Shown here in pieces: positions 27,291 through 35,369 of a stretch of 35,369 nt of DNA. The notes below the pieces were generated by a model. The model was not told where the DNA came from, made no database searches, and saw only the letters and a list, made by a program, of their open reading frames with translations. The position numbers and the translations under genes were made by a program. The DNA lies in sequence record SRR31156797_2934. One strand, written 5' to 3'. Numbering within the stretch: position 1 is the stretch's first letter; each line of letters starts with the position of its first letter.

Positions 27291-28754
27291 ATGAATGCTA
27301 ATTTCAAATCGCGCAAGAATAAGCTGGCTTTTGTCGTAGTTACTGCTTTATTTTTTATGTGGGGATTTATTACCTGCATGAATGATATATTAATTCCTTA
27401 CCTTAAAATGATGTTCGAGCTATCCTATTTCCAGGTGATGCTTGTTAATTTTGCTTTTTTTGGAGCCTATTTTATTGGTTCTTTGGTGTATTTTATTATT
27501 TCTTCAACCAAAGGCGATCCCATTGTAAGAATGGGGTATAAAAAGGGAATTATACTTGGATTATTGGTAAGCGGAACAGCACTAACGATATTTTTCCCGG
27601 CAGCTGCATTGCATAGCTATGGTTTATTTCTTAGCGCATTATTTATTCTCGGTATCGGTTTTACACTTTTACAGATTACTGCAAATCCGTATGTAGCTAT
27701 TCTTGGGTCAGACGAAACAGCATCTTCCAGATTAAATCTTTCTCAAGGATTTAATAGTTTGGGAACCACAATAGCTCCAATTATTGGAGGATATTTGGTT
27801 TTCCATTATTTCGCTCAGTACGGGCAGCCACTTTTGAATGATTTGGGAGAAAAGATATTCACAGATGATGGAATTCAGGTTACGGCATTTGCTTTACAAG
27901 CACCTTACCTGATTTTTGCTGCTGTGTTCTTTATCATCGCATTAATAGTTTATCGAACCGAATTGCCTAAAGTTACTGAAAGCGATGAGCTGGAGTTTTC
28001 TGCAGGTGCTTTAAAATATAGAAACCTGGTGCTTGGTATGGTGGCTATTTTTATGTATGTGGGGGCTGAAGTGAGTATTGGAAGCATTATGATCAATTAT
28101 ATTAAGCAGCAATTGAATATTGGTGAAATGATCGCTAAGTCATACCTGGCGTTTTACTGGGGAGGTGCTATGATTGGTCGATTTATGGGGGCTATTTCAA
28201 TGAGTTCTACTGAACAAAGCATGAAGAAAACGTTGACTATGATTGCAACTTCTTTGGGAGTATTTGGATTGATTTATTTGGTCGTTTACATTGAAAGTGG
28301 ATTTGTGTTTCCATTTAAAAATGTGCTTCCATTTGTAGGATTTTTAGTGTTGAATTTTCTTGCATTCCGCATAGGTAAGGGATTGCCGCATCATACATTA
28401 TTTATTTTTGCTATTATAAATGTTGCTTTATTGTCTGTGGCATTATATTCTACCGGACTTGTTTCAATGTGGAGTATTGTGGCCATTGGATTATTTAATT
28501 CTATCATGTGGTCAAATATCTTTACCCTGGCAATTCGTGGTTTAGGAAAATATACCAGTCAGGGTTCTTCTTTATTGGTAATGATGATATTAGGTGGTGC
28601 CTTACTTCCATTAATTCAAGGTGCTGTAGCTGATTCTGTATCATTACATATGTCTTTTATTGTGCCTGTATTTTCGTATATTTACCTCGCTTTTTACGGA
28701 AAAGAAGGTTACAAACCTATAAAATGGAAATCAAAAGTATCTGAAAATGAGTAA
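27291..28754 (+). CDS. GluP/FucP/NagP-type hexose:H+ symporter (MFS, FHS family)
   Basis: LFFMWGFITCMNDILIP, LLQITANPYV, SSRLNLSQGFNSLGT, IFMYVGAEV, IGLFNSIMWSNIFTLA. Confidence 0.92.
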   Translation: MNANFKSRKNKLAFVVVTALFFMWGFITCMNDILIPYLKMMFELSYFQVMLVNFAFFGAYFIGSLVYFIISSTKGDPIVRMGYKKGIILGLLVSGTALTIFFPAAALHSYGLFLSALFILGIGFTLLQITANPYVAILGSDETASSRLNLSQGFNSLGTTIAPIIGGYLVFHYFAQYGQPLLNDLGEKIFTDDGIQVTAFALQAPYLIFAAVFFIIALIVYRTELPKVTESDELEFSAGALKYRNLVLGMVAIFMYVGAEVSIGSIMINYIKQQLNIGEMIAKSYLAFYWGGAMIGRFMGAISMSSTEQSMKKTLTMIATSLGVFGLIYLVVYIESGFVFPFKNVLPFVGFLVLNFLAFRIGKGLPHHTLFIFAIINVALLSVALYSTGLVSMWSIVAIGLFNSIMWSNIFTLAIRGLGKYTSQGSSLLVMMILGGALLPLIQGAVADSVSLHMSFIVPVFSYIYLAFYGKEGYKPIKWKSKVSENE

Positions 28755-29697
28755 GGTAGTTGTAGGAATTGATATTGGAGGAACAAATTCTGAAGTTGGA
28801 TTGGTTAGTGCAAATGGCGAAGTGCTTGATCGTGCTTGCATGAGTACCCGAAAACATGGGGCTGATTTTGATGCCTATCTGAAAGATTTATCAGCAATGA
28901 TCAATGACCTGGCAGCTAAGAATAGTGTTCAGATAGAAGGAATTGGTATTGGAGCGCCCAATGGTAATATCCATAATGGAAGTATTGAATACGCCCCAAA
29001 CCTTGATTGGGAGGGCGTTGTGCCATTTTGTAAAAAACTACAAGCTTATTTTCCCGGGTTACCAATAAAATTAACTAACGATGCTAATGCTGCTGCATTT
29101 GGCGAAAAGTTGTTTGGTAAAGGTCAGGGCATTGATGATTTTGTGACCATTACCCTTGGTACCGGAGTGGGTAGCGGATTTATCGTAAACGGTGAATTAA
29201 TGTACGGACATGATGGAATGGCTGGTGAAGCCGGACACACTGTTGTTGATCCTAACGGTCGTAAATGCGCCTGTGGTCGCCGGGGTTGCCTTGAAACCTA
29301 CGTATCTGCTTCAGGGATTGTTCGCACAGCGGCAGAGCTTCTTTCAATACATCATTTTAAAAGTAAGTTGGCTGAAATTCCATTCAAAGAATTACAGTCA
29401 AAGCACATTGCTCAAATTGCTGTAGAAGGTGATGAAGTAGCAAAAGAAGTATTTGAAGTTACGGGTCGTACATTGGGTATGAAACTAGCTGATATTGTAG
29501 CTATATCAAGTCCTAAGGCTATATTTATTGCAGGAGGGGTTGTAAAAGCTGGAGAATTACTTTTGAAGCCTGTACGCGAAAATTTGGAAGCTAATCTGCT
29601 AAATATATATAAAGGCAAGGTAAAAGTTGAAACTTCAGGATTACCCGGTATTGATTCTGCCATATTGGGGGCAGCAGCTTTAGTTGTTAAGTCCTAA
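28747..29697 (+). CDS. ROK-family sugar kinase (glucokinase-like)
   Basis: GIDIGGT phosphate loop, NDANAAAFGE, TLGTGVGSG, AGEAGH, CACGRRGCLE zinc motif; no HTH; overlaps the transporter by 8 nt. Confidence 0.93.
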   Translation: MSKVVVGIDIGGTNSEVGLVSANGEVLDRACMSTRKHGADFDAYLKDLSAMINDLAAKNSVQIEGIGIGAPNGNIHNGSIEYAPNLDWEGVVPFCKKLQAYFPGLPIKLTNDANAAAFGEKLFGKGQGIDDFVTITLGTGVGSGFIVNGELMYGHDGMAGEAGHTVVDPNGRKCACGRRGCLETYVSASGIVRTAAELLSIHHFKSKLAEIPFKELQSKHIAQIAVEGDEVAKEVFEVTGRTLGMKLADIVAISSPKAIFIAGGVVKAGELLLKPVRENLEANLLNIYKGKVKVETSGLPGIDSAILGAAALVVKS

Positions 29698-29751
29698 ATC
29701 ATCAAAATAATTTTGAATACACTATTACAATTTGAAATAATTATTTTAATC

Positions 29752-29769
29752 TACTAAATCGATTTAGAT
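29752..29769. promoter_or_regulatory. Palindromic operator upstream of GH92
   Basis: Perfect 14-bp palindrome CTAAATCGATTTAG (29754-29767) within TACTAAATCGATTTAGAT. Confidence 0.72.
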
Positions 29770-29846
29770 TTGGTAGTTTGGATTAAGTAATACAGAATAT
29801 TTGAGTTTTTTTCATAAATTTGAAATCTACCTAAAATCTACCACTT

Positions 29847-32780
29847 ATGAAATTTATCTACACAGTTTTAGCGCTGGGATTAATACTAGGCGCTTGCAGC
29901 AATAAGCAATCAACAATTGATTATGTGAATCCATTTATCGGAACTGGTGGTCACGGACATACGTATCCTGGAGCGGTTTATCCGTTTGGATTCGTACAAC
30001 TAAGTCCTGATACTCGTTTAACGGGTTGGGATGGTTGTTCAGGTTATCATTATACCGATAATCGAATTTACGGATTTAGTCATACGCATTTAAGTGGAAC
30101 AGGTGTGAGTGATTATGCTGATGTGTTGCTAATGCCTCGTACGGGTGAGGTTGTCTGGGAAAACGGATACCCTGATACAACAGGATATTATAGTCATTTC
30201 AGTAAAGACGAGGAAAAAGCTTCTCCGGGTTATTATGCAGTTGAACTGGAAGATTATGATATTGAAGTTGAGTTAACTGCAACTGCACATGTTGGATTTC
30301 ATAAATATACGTTTGAAAGTCCTGAGAAGAACCATATTATTTTGGATTTGGATCATAGAGATAAAGTGATTGAAGCCTGGTTCAAAAAGGTTTCGGACAC
30401 GGAAATTGAAGGACTTCGCAGAAGCACTGCCTGGGCGAAAGACCAATATGTTTATTTTGTAATACAATTTAGCGAACCAATTCAAAATCTGGAAGTTCAG
30501 AATATCGAAGGAACAAAGAGTGAAACAGACTATTGGGAAGGTAAAGAGCTTAAAGCAGCTTTGCATTTTAATGATGTGGATGAGATAAAAGTAAAGGTAG
30601 GTTTATCAGCAGTAGATGTAGAAGGTGCCCGGAAAAATTTAGAGACTGAAGTTCCCAATTGGAATTTTAAAGCAATACATAAGAAAGCGCGTAAAGCATG
30701 GAGTAAGGAGCTCAATAAAATAGAGGTAAAAGGAGGTGAATTTGATGATCGTGTGAGTTTTTATACAGCACTTTACCATAATATGGTGGTTCCAAATATT
30801 TTTACTGACGTGGATGGACGCTACCGCGGGCACGACGGGCAAATACATAATGCAGGTGATAATCCACAATATACAGTATTTTCACTTTGGGATACATACC
30901 GGGCAACCCATCCTTTGTATACACTAATTGATCATAAGCGAACCAATGATTTTATACATTCCTTTTTAAGAATATATGAGCAAGGTGGCAGATTACCTGT
31001 ATGGGAACTGGCTGGTAATGAGACTGATTGTATGATTGGTTATCATTCGGTCCCTGTAATGGCTGATGCAATTTTGAAAGGAATAGGAGATTTTGACAAG
31101 CAATTGGCTTTGGAAGCTATGCAGCATAGTGCCAACCTTGATCATTTTGGTTTGGATGCTTATCGCGAAATGGGTTGTATTCCTTTAGATGCTGAACATG
31201 AATCGGTTTCGAAAACCCTTGAATATGCGTTTGATGATTGGTGTATTGCTCAGACAGCGCAAATCCTTGAAAATGATGCAGTATATTACCCTTTTATCGA
31301 AAGGGCTCAATTTTACAAAAATCTTTTCGACCCATCCACAAACTTTTTCAGAGCAAGAGAAAATGGAGGTTGGTTTGATCCATTTGATCCCCGTGAAGTG
31401 AATTTCCATCATACGGAAGCTAATGCCTGGCAATATACATTTTATGTGCCTCAAGATGTGCAGGGCATGATGGAATTGATGGGCGGAGAAGAAGCATTTA
31501 CACAAAAATTAGATAGTTTATTTACTGTAGAAAATAAAACTACTGGTCGACATCAGGTGGATATTACCGGGTTGATTGGTCAGTATGCACACGGAAATGA
31601 ACCTTCACATCATGTAGCATATTTGTATAATTATGCCGGAAAACCATGGAAAACACAGGAAAAGGTGCGCGAAATTATGCGAAAATTCTATAAAAATGCA
31701 CCCGACGGTTTAGCTGGTAATGAAGATTGTGGTCAAATGTCAGCCTGGTATGTACTTTCGGCTATGGGTATCTACCCGGTTAATCCGGCTGATGGAGTAT
31801 TTGTTATTGGCTCACCCATATTTGATGAAGTAACTTTGAACCTTGAAAATGGAAATAAATTTACATTTAAAGCCAACGAAAATAGTAAGGATAATATTTA
31901 TGTTAAAAGCCTTTCTTTAAATGGGGAGAGTTATGAGAAAAGTTATATTGATTTTAAACAGATAATGAAGGGTGGGAAGTTAGTATTTGAGATGAGCAAT
32001 GAACCTGACAAATCGTTTGGAGCTAAGGTTGAAAATCGGCCGCTATCACATATTGATGCCATTGATTTCTTGACAAAACCTATCATTGAAGGTGGTCACA
32101 GGTCGTTTAAAAATGAGCGAACAATTATGATTTCGAAGTCTTCCAAAAAAGGAGAGATTTATTATACAATAAATGGAGGCAATCCCGATCGAACTTCAAA
32201 AAAGTATGATGTCCCCATTGAAATTAACAATACTACTCATCTACGAGCTATTACAATTGATGCTGATGGTAATCGCAGTCATGTAAGTAAGGCATCCTAC
32301 TATAAAATGCCTGCAAACAGGAGTATTGAGATTAAAAGCGCTTATAGCAATCAATATACTGCCGGTGGAGATGAAGGATTGATTGATCTTTTAAGAGGCC
32401 CGGACGATTTCCGAACAGGTTACTGGCAGGGTTATCAGGATCAGGATTTTGAAGCTATTGTAGATTTGTCTAAGCCACAAAGAATTAGAAAATTGGCCTT
32501 AGGTTGCTTACAAGATATCCGCTCATGGATTTGGATGCCTCAGGAGATATCTTTTTACATTTCAACTGATGGAAAAAACTTCAAAAAATTGAAGACCATT
32601 AAAAATGATGTGCCAATTGATGATTATAAGGTTTATGTAAAAGACTATGAATTGGATAATTTAAACGTTAGTGCAAGATATGTAAAAGTTGTAGCCACTA
32701 ATTTCGGAACCATACCTGATTGGCATCTCGGACATGGTGGTGAGGCATTTATTTTTGTAGATGAGATTGTGATTGAATAA
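29847..32780 (+). CDS. GH92 alpha-mannosidase (alpha-1,2-type) lipoprotein with C-terminal Fn3-like and discoidin-like domains
   Basis: Lipobox LGAC; YVNPFIGTGGHGHTYPGA, FSHTHLSGTG, FSLWDTYRA, catalytic TEAN, HGNEPSHH, GNEDCGQMSAW; C-terminal IYYTINGGNP and IVDL...FIFVDEIVIE. Confidence 0.95.
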   Translation: MKFIYTVLALGLILGACSNKQSTIDYVNPFIGTGGHGHTYPGAVYPFGFVQLSPDTRLTGWDGCSGYHYTDNRIYGFSHTHLSGTGVSDYADVLLMPRTGEVVWENGYPDTTGYYSHFSKDEEKASPGYYAVELEDYDIEVELTATAHVGFHKYTFESPEKNHIILDLDHRDKVIEAWFKKVSDTEIEGLRRSTAWAKDQYVYFVIQFSEPIQNLEVQNIEGTKSETDYWEGKELKAALHFNDVDEIKVKVGLSAVDVEGARKNLETEVPNWNFKAIHKKARKAWSKELNKIEVKGGEFDDRVSFYTALYHNMVVPNIFTDVDGRYRGHDGQIHNAGDNPQYTVFSLWDTYRATHPLYTLIDHKRTNDFIHSFLRIYEQGGRLPVWELAGNETDCMIGYHSVPVMADAILKGIGDFDKQLALEAMQHSANLDHFGLDAYREMGCIPLDAEHESVSKTLEYAFDDWCIAQTAQILENDAVYYPFIERAQFYKNLFDPSTNFFRARENGGWFDPFDPREVNFHHTEANAWQYTFYVPQDVQGMMELMGGEEAFTQKLDSLFTVENKTTGRHQVDITGLIGQYAHGNEPSHHVAYLYNYAGKPWKTQEKVREIMRKFYKNAPDGLAGNEDCGQMSAWYVLSAMGIYPVNPADGVFVIGSPIFDEVTLNLENGNKFTFKANENSKDNIYVKSLSLNGESYEKSYIDFKQIMKGGKLVFEMSNEPDKSFGAKVENRPLSHIDAIDFLTKPIIEGGHRSFKNERTIMISKSSKKGEIYYTINGGNPDRTSKKYDVPIEINNTTHLRAITIDADGNRSHVSKASYYKMPANRSIEIKSAYSNQYTAGGDEGLIDLLRGPDDFRTGYWQGYQDQDFEAIVDLSKPQRIRKLALGCLQDIRSWIWMPQEISFYISTDGKNFKKLKTIKNDVPIDDYKVYVKDYELDNLNVSARYVKVVATNFGTIPDWHLGHGGEAFIFVDEIVIE

Positions 32781-32787
32781 CATTTCG

Positions 32788-32795
32788 TAACTTTG
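32788..32795 (+). promoter_or_regulatory. Candidate internal -7 promoter element for GH97
   Basis: TAACTTTG in the 38-nt GH92-GH97 spacer; no clear -33 element. Confidence 0.35.
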
Positions 32796-32818
32796 GTTTC
32801 AAACCAAATTGTAAGATT

Positions 32819-34894
32819 ATGTTATATAGAATTGTGCTATTGTTTGCAGTAGCTGCATTTGTTGCGGCATGTTCAAATCCTGAAAATGATCTTTCAGTGG
32901 TTTCACCAGATAAGCAAGTGAAAATTGAATTTCAATTGTCAAAAAAAGGTGAACCTCTTTATGCAGTATTGTTTAAAAATGATACAGTAATTAAACCTTC
33001 AAAGCTAGGTGTCGAACTAAAAAATAGTAATTCATTTGCCAACGATTTTGAAGTTATTGGGGTTAGGAATTTGAGTATTGAAGAGACCTGGGAAATGCAA
33101 TGGGGTGAACAAGATGAGGTTTTGAATAAGTATAATGAGCTTATTGTTGATTTGCAGGAAAATGGTGAATCAAAACGAAAACTCAATCTATATTTCAGAG
33201 CCTATAATGATGGTATTGGATTCCGTTATGAATTTCCTGAACAAGAGGGAGTTGATTCCATATATATTATGGATGAAAACACCCAATTCAGATTAACAGG
33301 AGATCATAAATCATGGTGGATTCCGGGTGATTGGGATATTTACGAGCATCAATATAACGAAACTAAATTAACAGAAATTAATGCGCTGAAAGACCGCGGC
33401 GCACAATGGTTAGCACAATCATATATTCCTGAAAATGCTGTGAATACACCGGTTACAATGCGCACCTCAGAAGGTTTGCATTTGAGTTTTCACGAAGCAG
33501 CATTAACAGATTATTCAGGTATGACATTAAAAGTTGATGGAGAGAATTTATCAATGACAAGCGAATTGGTTGGGTCGATGAACCACGATTATAAAGCAGT
33601 TGTTGCATTACCATTTAAAACACCCTGGCGTACTATTCAAATTGAGGAGGAAGCAAAAGATCTTATAGCCTCAAAATTAATTGTGAATTTAAATGAGCCT
33701 AACAAAATTGGTGATGTGAGCTATTTTAAACCCATGAAGTACAATGGTATTTGGTGGGAAATGCACCTTGATAAAGCCACCTGGGAATTAGCTAGTGGAA
33801 GGCATGGGGCAACTACTGAAAATGCTAAAAGGTACATTGATTTTGCTGCTGAAAATAACCTTGGAGGTGTTTTAATCGAGGGTTGGAATACCGGATGGGA
33901 GCAGTGGATTGGTGTAGAAGATCGCGCAGATATTTTTGATTTTGTAACACCTTATGAGGATTATGATTTAAAAGGTGTGGTTGAATATGCCCGTTCAAAA
34001 GGTGTAGAGATTGTAATGCACCATGAAACATCTGCTGCAGTTGAAACTTATGAGCGTCAAATGGATACTGCTTTTAAGCTAATGAGCGATTTGGGTATTC
34101 ATTCGGTTAAAACCGGTTATGTGGGCAAAATTATTCCAAAGGGCGAATTTCATCATGGTCAATATATGGTAAAACACTACCGTAAGGTATTGGAAACTGC
34201 AGCTAAATACAATGTAGCAGTAAACGCCCATGAACCAATAAAAGCAACAGGAATTCGTAGAACTTATCCAAACGCTATTGCACGTGAAGGATTAAGAGGG
34301 CAGGAATTTAATGCATGGGCTACAGATGGAGGTAATCCACCTTCGCATTTACCAACTATAGCCTTTACACGCATGTTGGCCGGTCCAATAGATTATACTC
34401 CAGGGATTTTTAATATAAAATTGAAACCATATAAACCCAATAATCAGGTGAATACTACATTGGCCCAGCAATTGGCTCTTTATGTGGTTATATACGGACC
34501 CTTGCAAATGGCCGCAGATTTACCTGAATATTATGAAAATCAACCAGCATTTCAATTTATCAGAGACGTGGGTGTGGACTGGTCAGAATCAATTATTTTA
34601 AATGGAGAAGTTGGTGATTTTGTGACTATTGCGCGCAAAGAGAAAGAAACAGATAACTGGTTTCTGGGAAGTATTACAGATGAAAATCCTCGTGAATTTG
34701 AAATTAATTTGGATTTTCTTGATGCGGATAAAACCTATGAAGCCATAATTTATAAAGATGGAGAAAATGCCTATTGGGACGATAACCCTTTGAGTATTCA
34801 GATAGAAAGTAAAGAGTTTGCATCGATTGATAAGATTAATATTAAGATGGCACCAGGTGGTGGTTTTGCCGTATCATTTATTCCAGTCGATTAA
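32819..34894 (+). CDS. GH97 alpha-glucosidase/glucoamylase (SusB-like, inverting subfamily)
   Basis: KTPWRTI, GIWWEMH, YIDFAA, EGWN, MHHET, VKTGY, VNAHE, REGLRGQE, FTRMLAGPIDYTPG; lipobox VAAC. Confidence 0.95.
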   Translation: MLYRIVLLFAVAAFVAACSNPENDLSVVSPDKQVKIEFQLSKKGEPLYAVLFKNDTVIKPSKLGVELKNSNSFANDFEVIGVRNLSIEETWEMQWGEQDEVLNKYNELIVDLQENGESKRKLNLYFRAYNDGIGFRYEFPEQEGVDSIYIMDENTQFRLTGDHKSWWIPGDWDIYEHQYNETKLTEINALKDRGAQWLAQSYIPENAVNTPVTMRTSEGLHLSFHEAALTDYSGMTLKVDGENLSMTSELVGSMNHDYKAVVALPFKTPWRTIQIEEEAKDLIASKLIVNLNEPNKIGDVSYFKPMKYNGIWWEMHLDKATWELASGRHGATTENAKRYIDFAAENNLGGVLIEGWNTGWEQWIGVEDRADIFDFVTPYEDYDLKGVVEYARSKGVEIVMHHETSAAVETYERQMDTAFKLMSDLGIHSVKTGYVGKIIPKGEFHHGQYMVKHYRKVLETAAKYNVAVNAHEPIKATGIRRTYPNAIAREGLRGQEFNAWATDGGNPPSHLPTIAFTRMLAGPIDYTPGIFNIKLKPYKPNNQVNTTLAQQLALYVVIYGPLQMAADLPEYYENQPAFQFIRDVGVDWSESIILNGEVGDFVTIARKEKETDNWFLGSITDENPREFEINLDFLDADKTYEAIIYKDGENAYWDDNPLSIQIESKEFASIDKINIKMAPGGGFAVSFIPVD

Positions 34895-34948
34895 TGAAAA
34901 ATGAATATAACTTGAATTACAACTGGTTAATTGCATACAAAATTTTAT

Positions 34949-34983
34949 GAGATTACTTCGTCATTGCATTCCTACCAATGACG
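34949..34983. repeat. Palindromic REP-like element
   Basis: GAGATTACTTCGTCATTGCATTCCTACCAATGACG with stem CGTCATTG / CAATGACG; resembles from memory the GAGATTGCTTCG...CCTCGCAATGAC intergenic repeats of Bacteroidota. Confidence 0.5.
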
Positions 34984-34993
34984 TTTTGAATCA

Positions 34994-35067
34994 TATTTCA
35001 CGCGGAGCTCGCAACGAAAACGCAAAGTTCGCAACGCAATAGTTCGTAGCGTTCGTGGCGTGAGATA
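34994..35067. repeat. Imperfect palindromic repeat with internal 20-bp-period duplication
   Basis: Ends TATTTCACGC / GCGTGAGATA; internal ACGCGGAGCTCGCAACG (35000-35016) and ACGCAAAGTTCGCAACG (35020-35036). Confidence 0.5.
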
Positions 35068-35154
35068 ATAAAAAATAGTGTTACGGCATTCAGTATTACT
35101 AAATTTAAAATTTTTACTCACGGAATGACTTCAATGATTTGTTTAGGAGTAATA

Positions 35155-35181
35155 TGGACTAGTTGAGAAAATTGTGGACAC
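35155..35181. mobile_element. Possible IS terminal inverted repeat (IS3-like)
   Basis: TGGACTAGTTGAGAAAATTGTGGACAC begins with 5'-TG and resembles IS3-type ends; no partner repeat or transposase is visible in the window. Confidence 0.25.
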
Positions 35182-35231
35182 TTTTTAAATATTCCTTTTT
35201 CCTTGAAAAAAAAGTCAAGATCAAATTACGG

Positions 35232-35369
35232 CTATTCGTATATCGGCTCATAGCCTATTCTGTGACAAACTGGAAGTTTTCTAGTAATTTGATCAGTTTT
35301 AACCGCTTTTGGAGCTGTTTTATAATCTAATGCGGTTAATTTTAGTCGGCCTAAGTCTTTTAAGCGGGC
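35232..35369 (-). CDS. Possible 3' end of a gene entering from the right edge
   Basis: Open frame ARLKDLGRLKLTALDYKTAPKAVKTDQITRKLPVCHRIGYEPIYE* ending at TAG 35234-35232; no family recognised. Confidence 0.25.
   Translation of the reverse strand, partial: ARLKDLGRLKLTALDYKTAPKAVKTDQITRKLPVCHRIGYEPIYE

Noticed and set aside
28747..29697. ROK protein as the repressor binding the CTAAATCGATTTAG sites
   Set aside because: It starts directly with the kinase GIDIGGT motif and has no N-terminal HTH.
1861..34031. Many 60-120 aa ORFs nested in or antisense to long genes (e.g. 1861-2073, 2879-3073, 15084-15395, 18945-19307, 31185-31505)
   Set aside because: They overlap well-supported CDSs in other frames and show no recognisable motifs.
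34994..35067. CRISPR array or integron attC site
   Set aside because: Only two degenerate 17-bp units with no spacers, no cas genes, and no RYYYAAC/GTTRRRY ends.
35225..35250. Group II intron domain V on the minus strand (GAGCCGATATACG...)
   Set aside because: The complementary 3' arm and domain VI are missing.

Overview
AT-rich chromosomal segment of a Bacteroidota (Bacteroidales-like) genome, inferred from the SusC/SusD pair and TAnnTTTG promoters. From left to right: (1) an alpha-glucan/maltose-type PUL, with a SusE/F-like lipoprotein truncated at the left edge and missed by the ORF track, susD, susC, a divergent LacI regulator and a MalT-like MFS transporter; (2) a stand-alone TonB-dependent receptor with an unusual extended N-terminus; (3) a SiaB-family kinase followed by a 1299-aa beta-propeller/Y_Y_Y/TM/2xPAS class III adenylate cyclase; (4) a four-gene envelope operon (TPR protein, PorE-like TPR-PD40-OmpA protein, 573-aa lipoprotein, DUF5723-like barrel); (5) a nitronate monooxygenase-family enzyme and MscS; (6) an orphan 7TM-DISM/PAS histidine kinase; (7) a GluP/FucP-type transporter plus ROK kinase, a GH92 mannosidase and an inverting GH97 glucosidase. 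Non-coding signals include two different LacI-type operators, several Bacteroidota promoters and terminators, REP-like palindromes, a candidate sRNA complementary to start codons, and a possible IS end at the right edge. No rRNA, tRNA or CRISPR array was seen. The best candidates for an undescribed system are the SiaB-adenylate cyclase pairing, which shares a coiled-coil-PAS cassette with the histidine kinase, and the TPR/PorE-like/lipoprotein/DUF5723 operon. All assignments come from motif recognition by eye; no searches were run.
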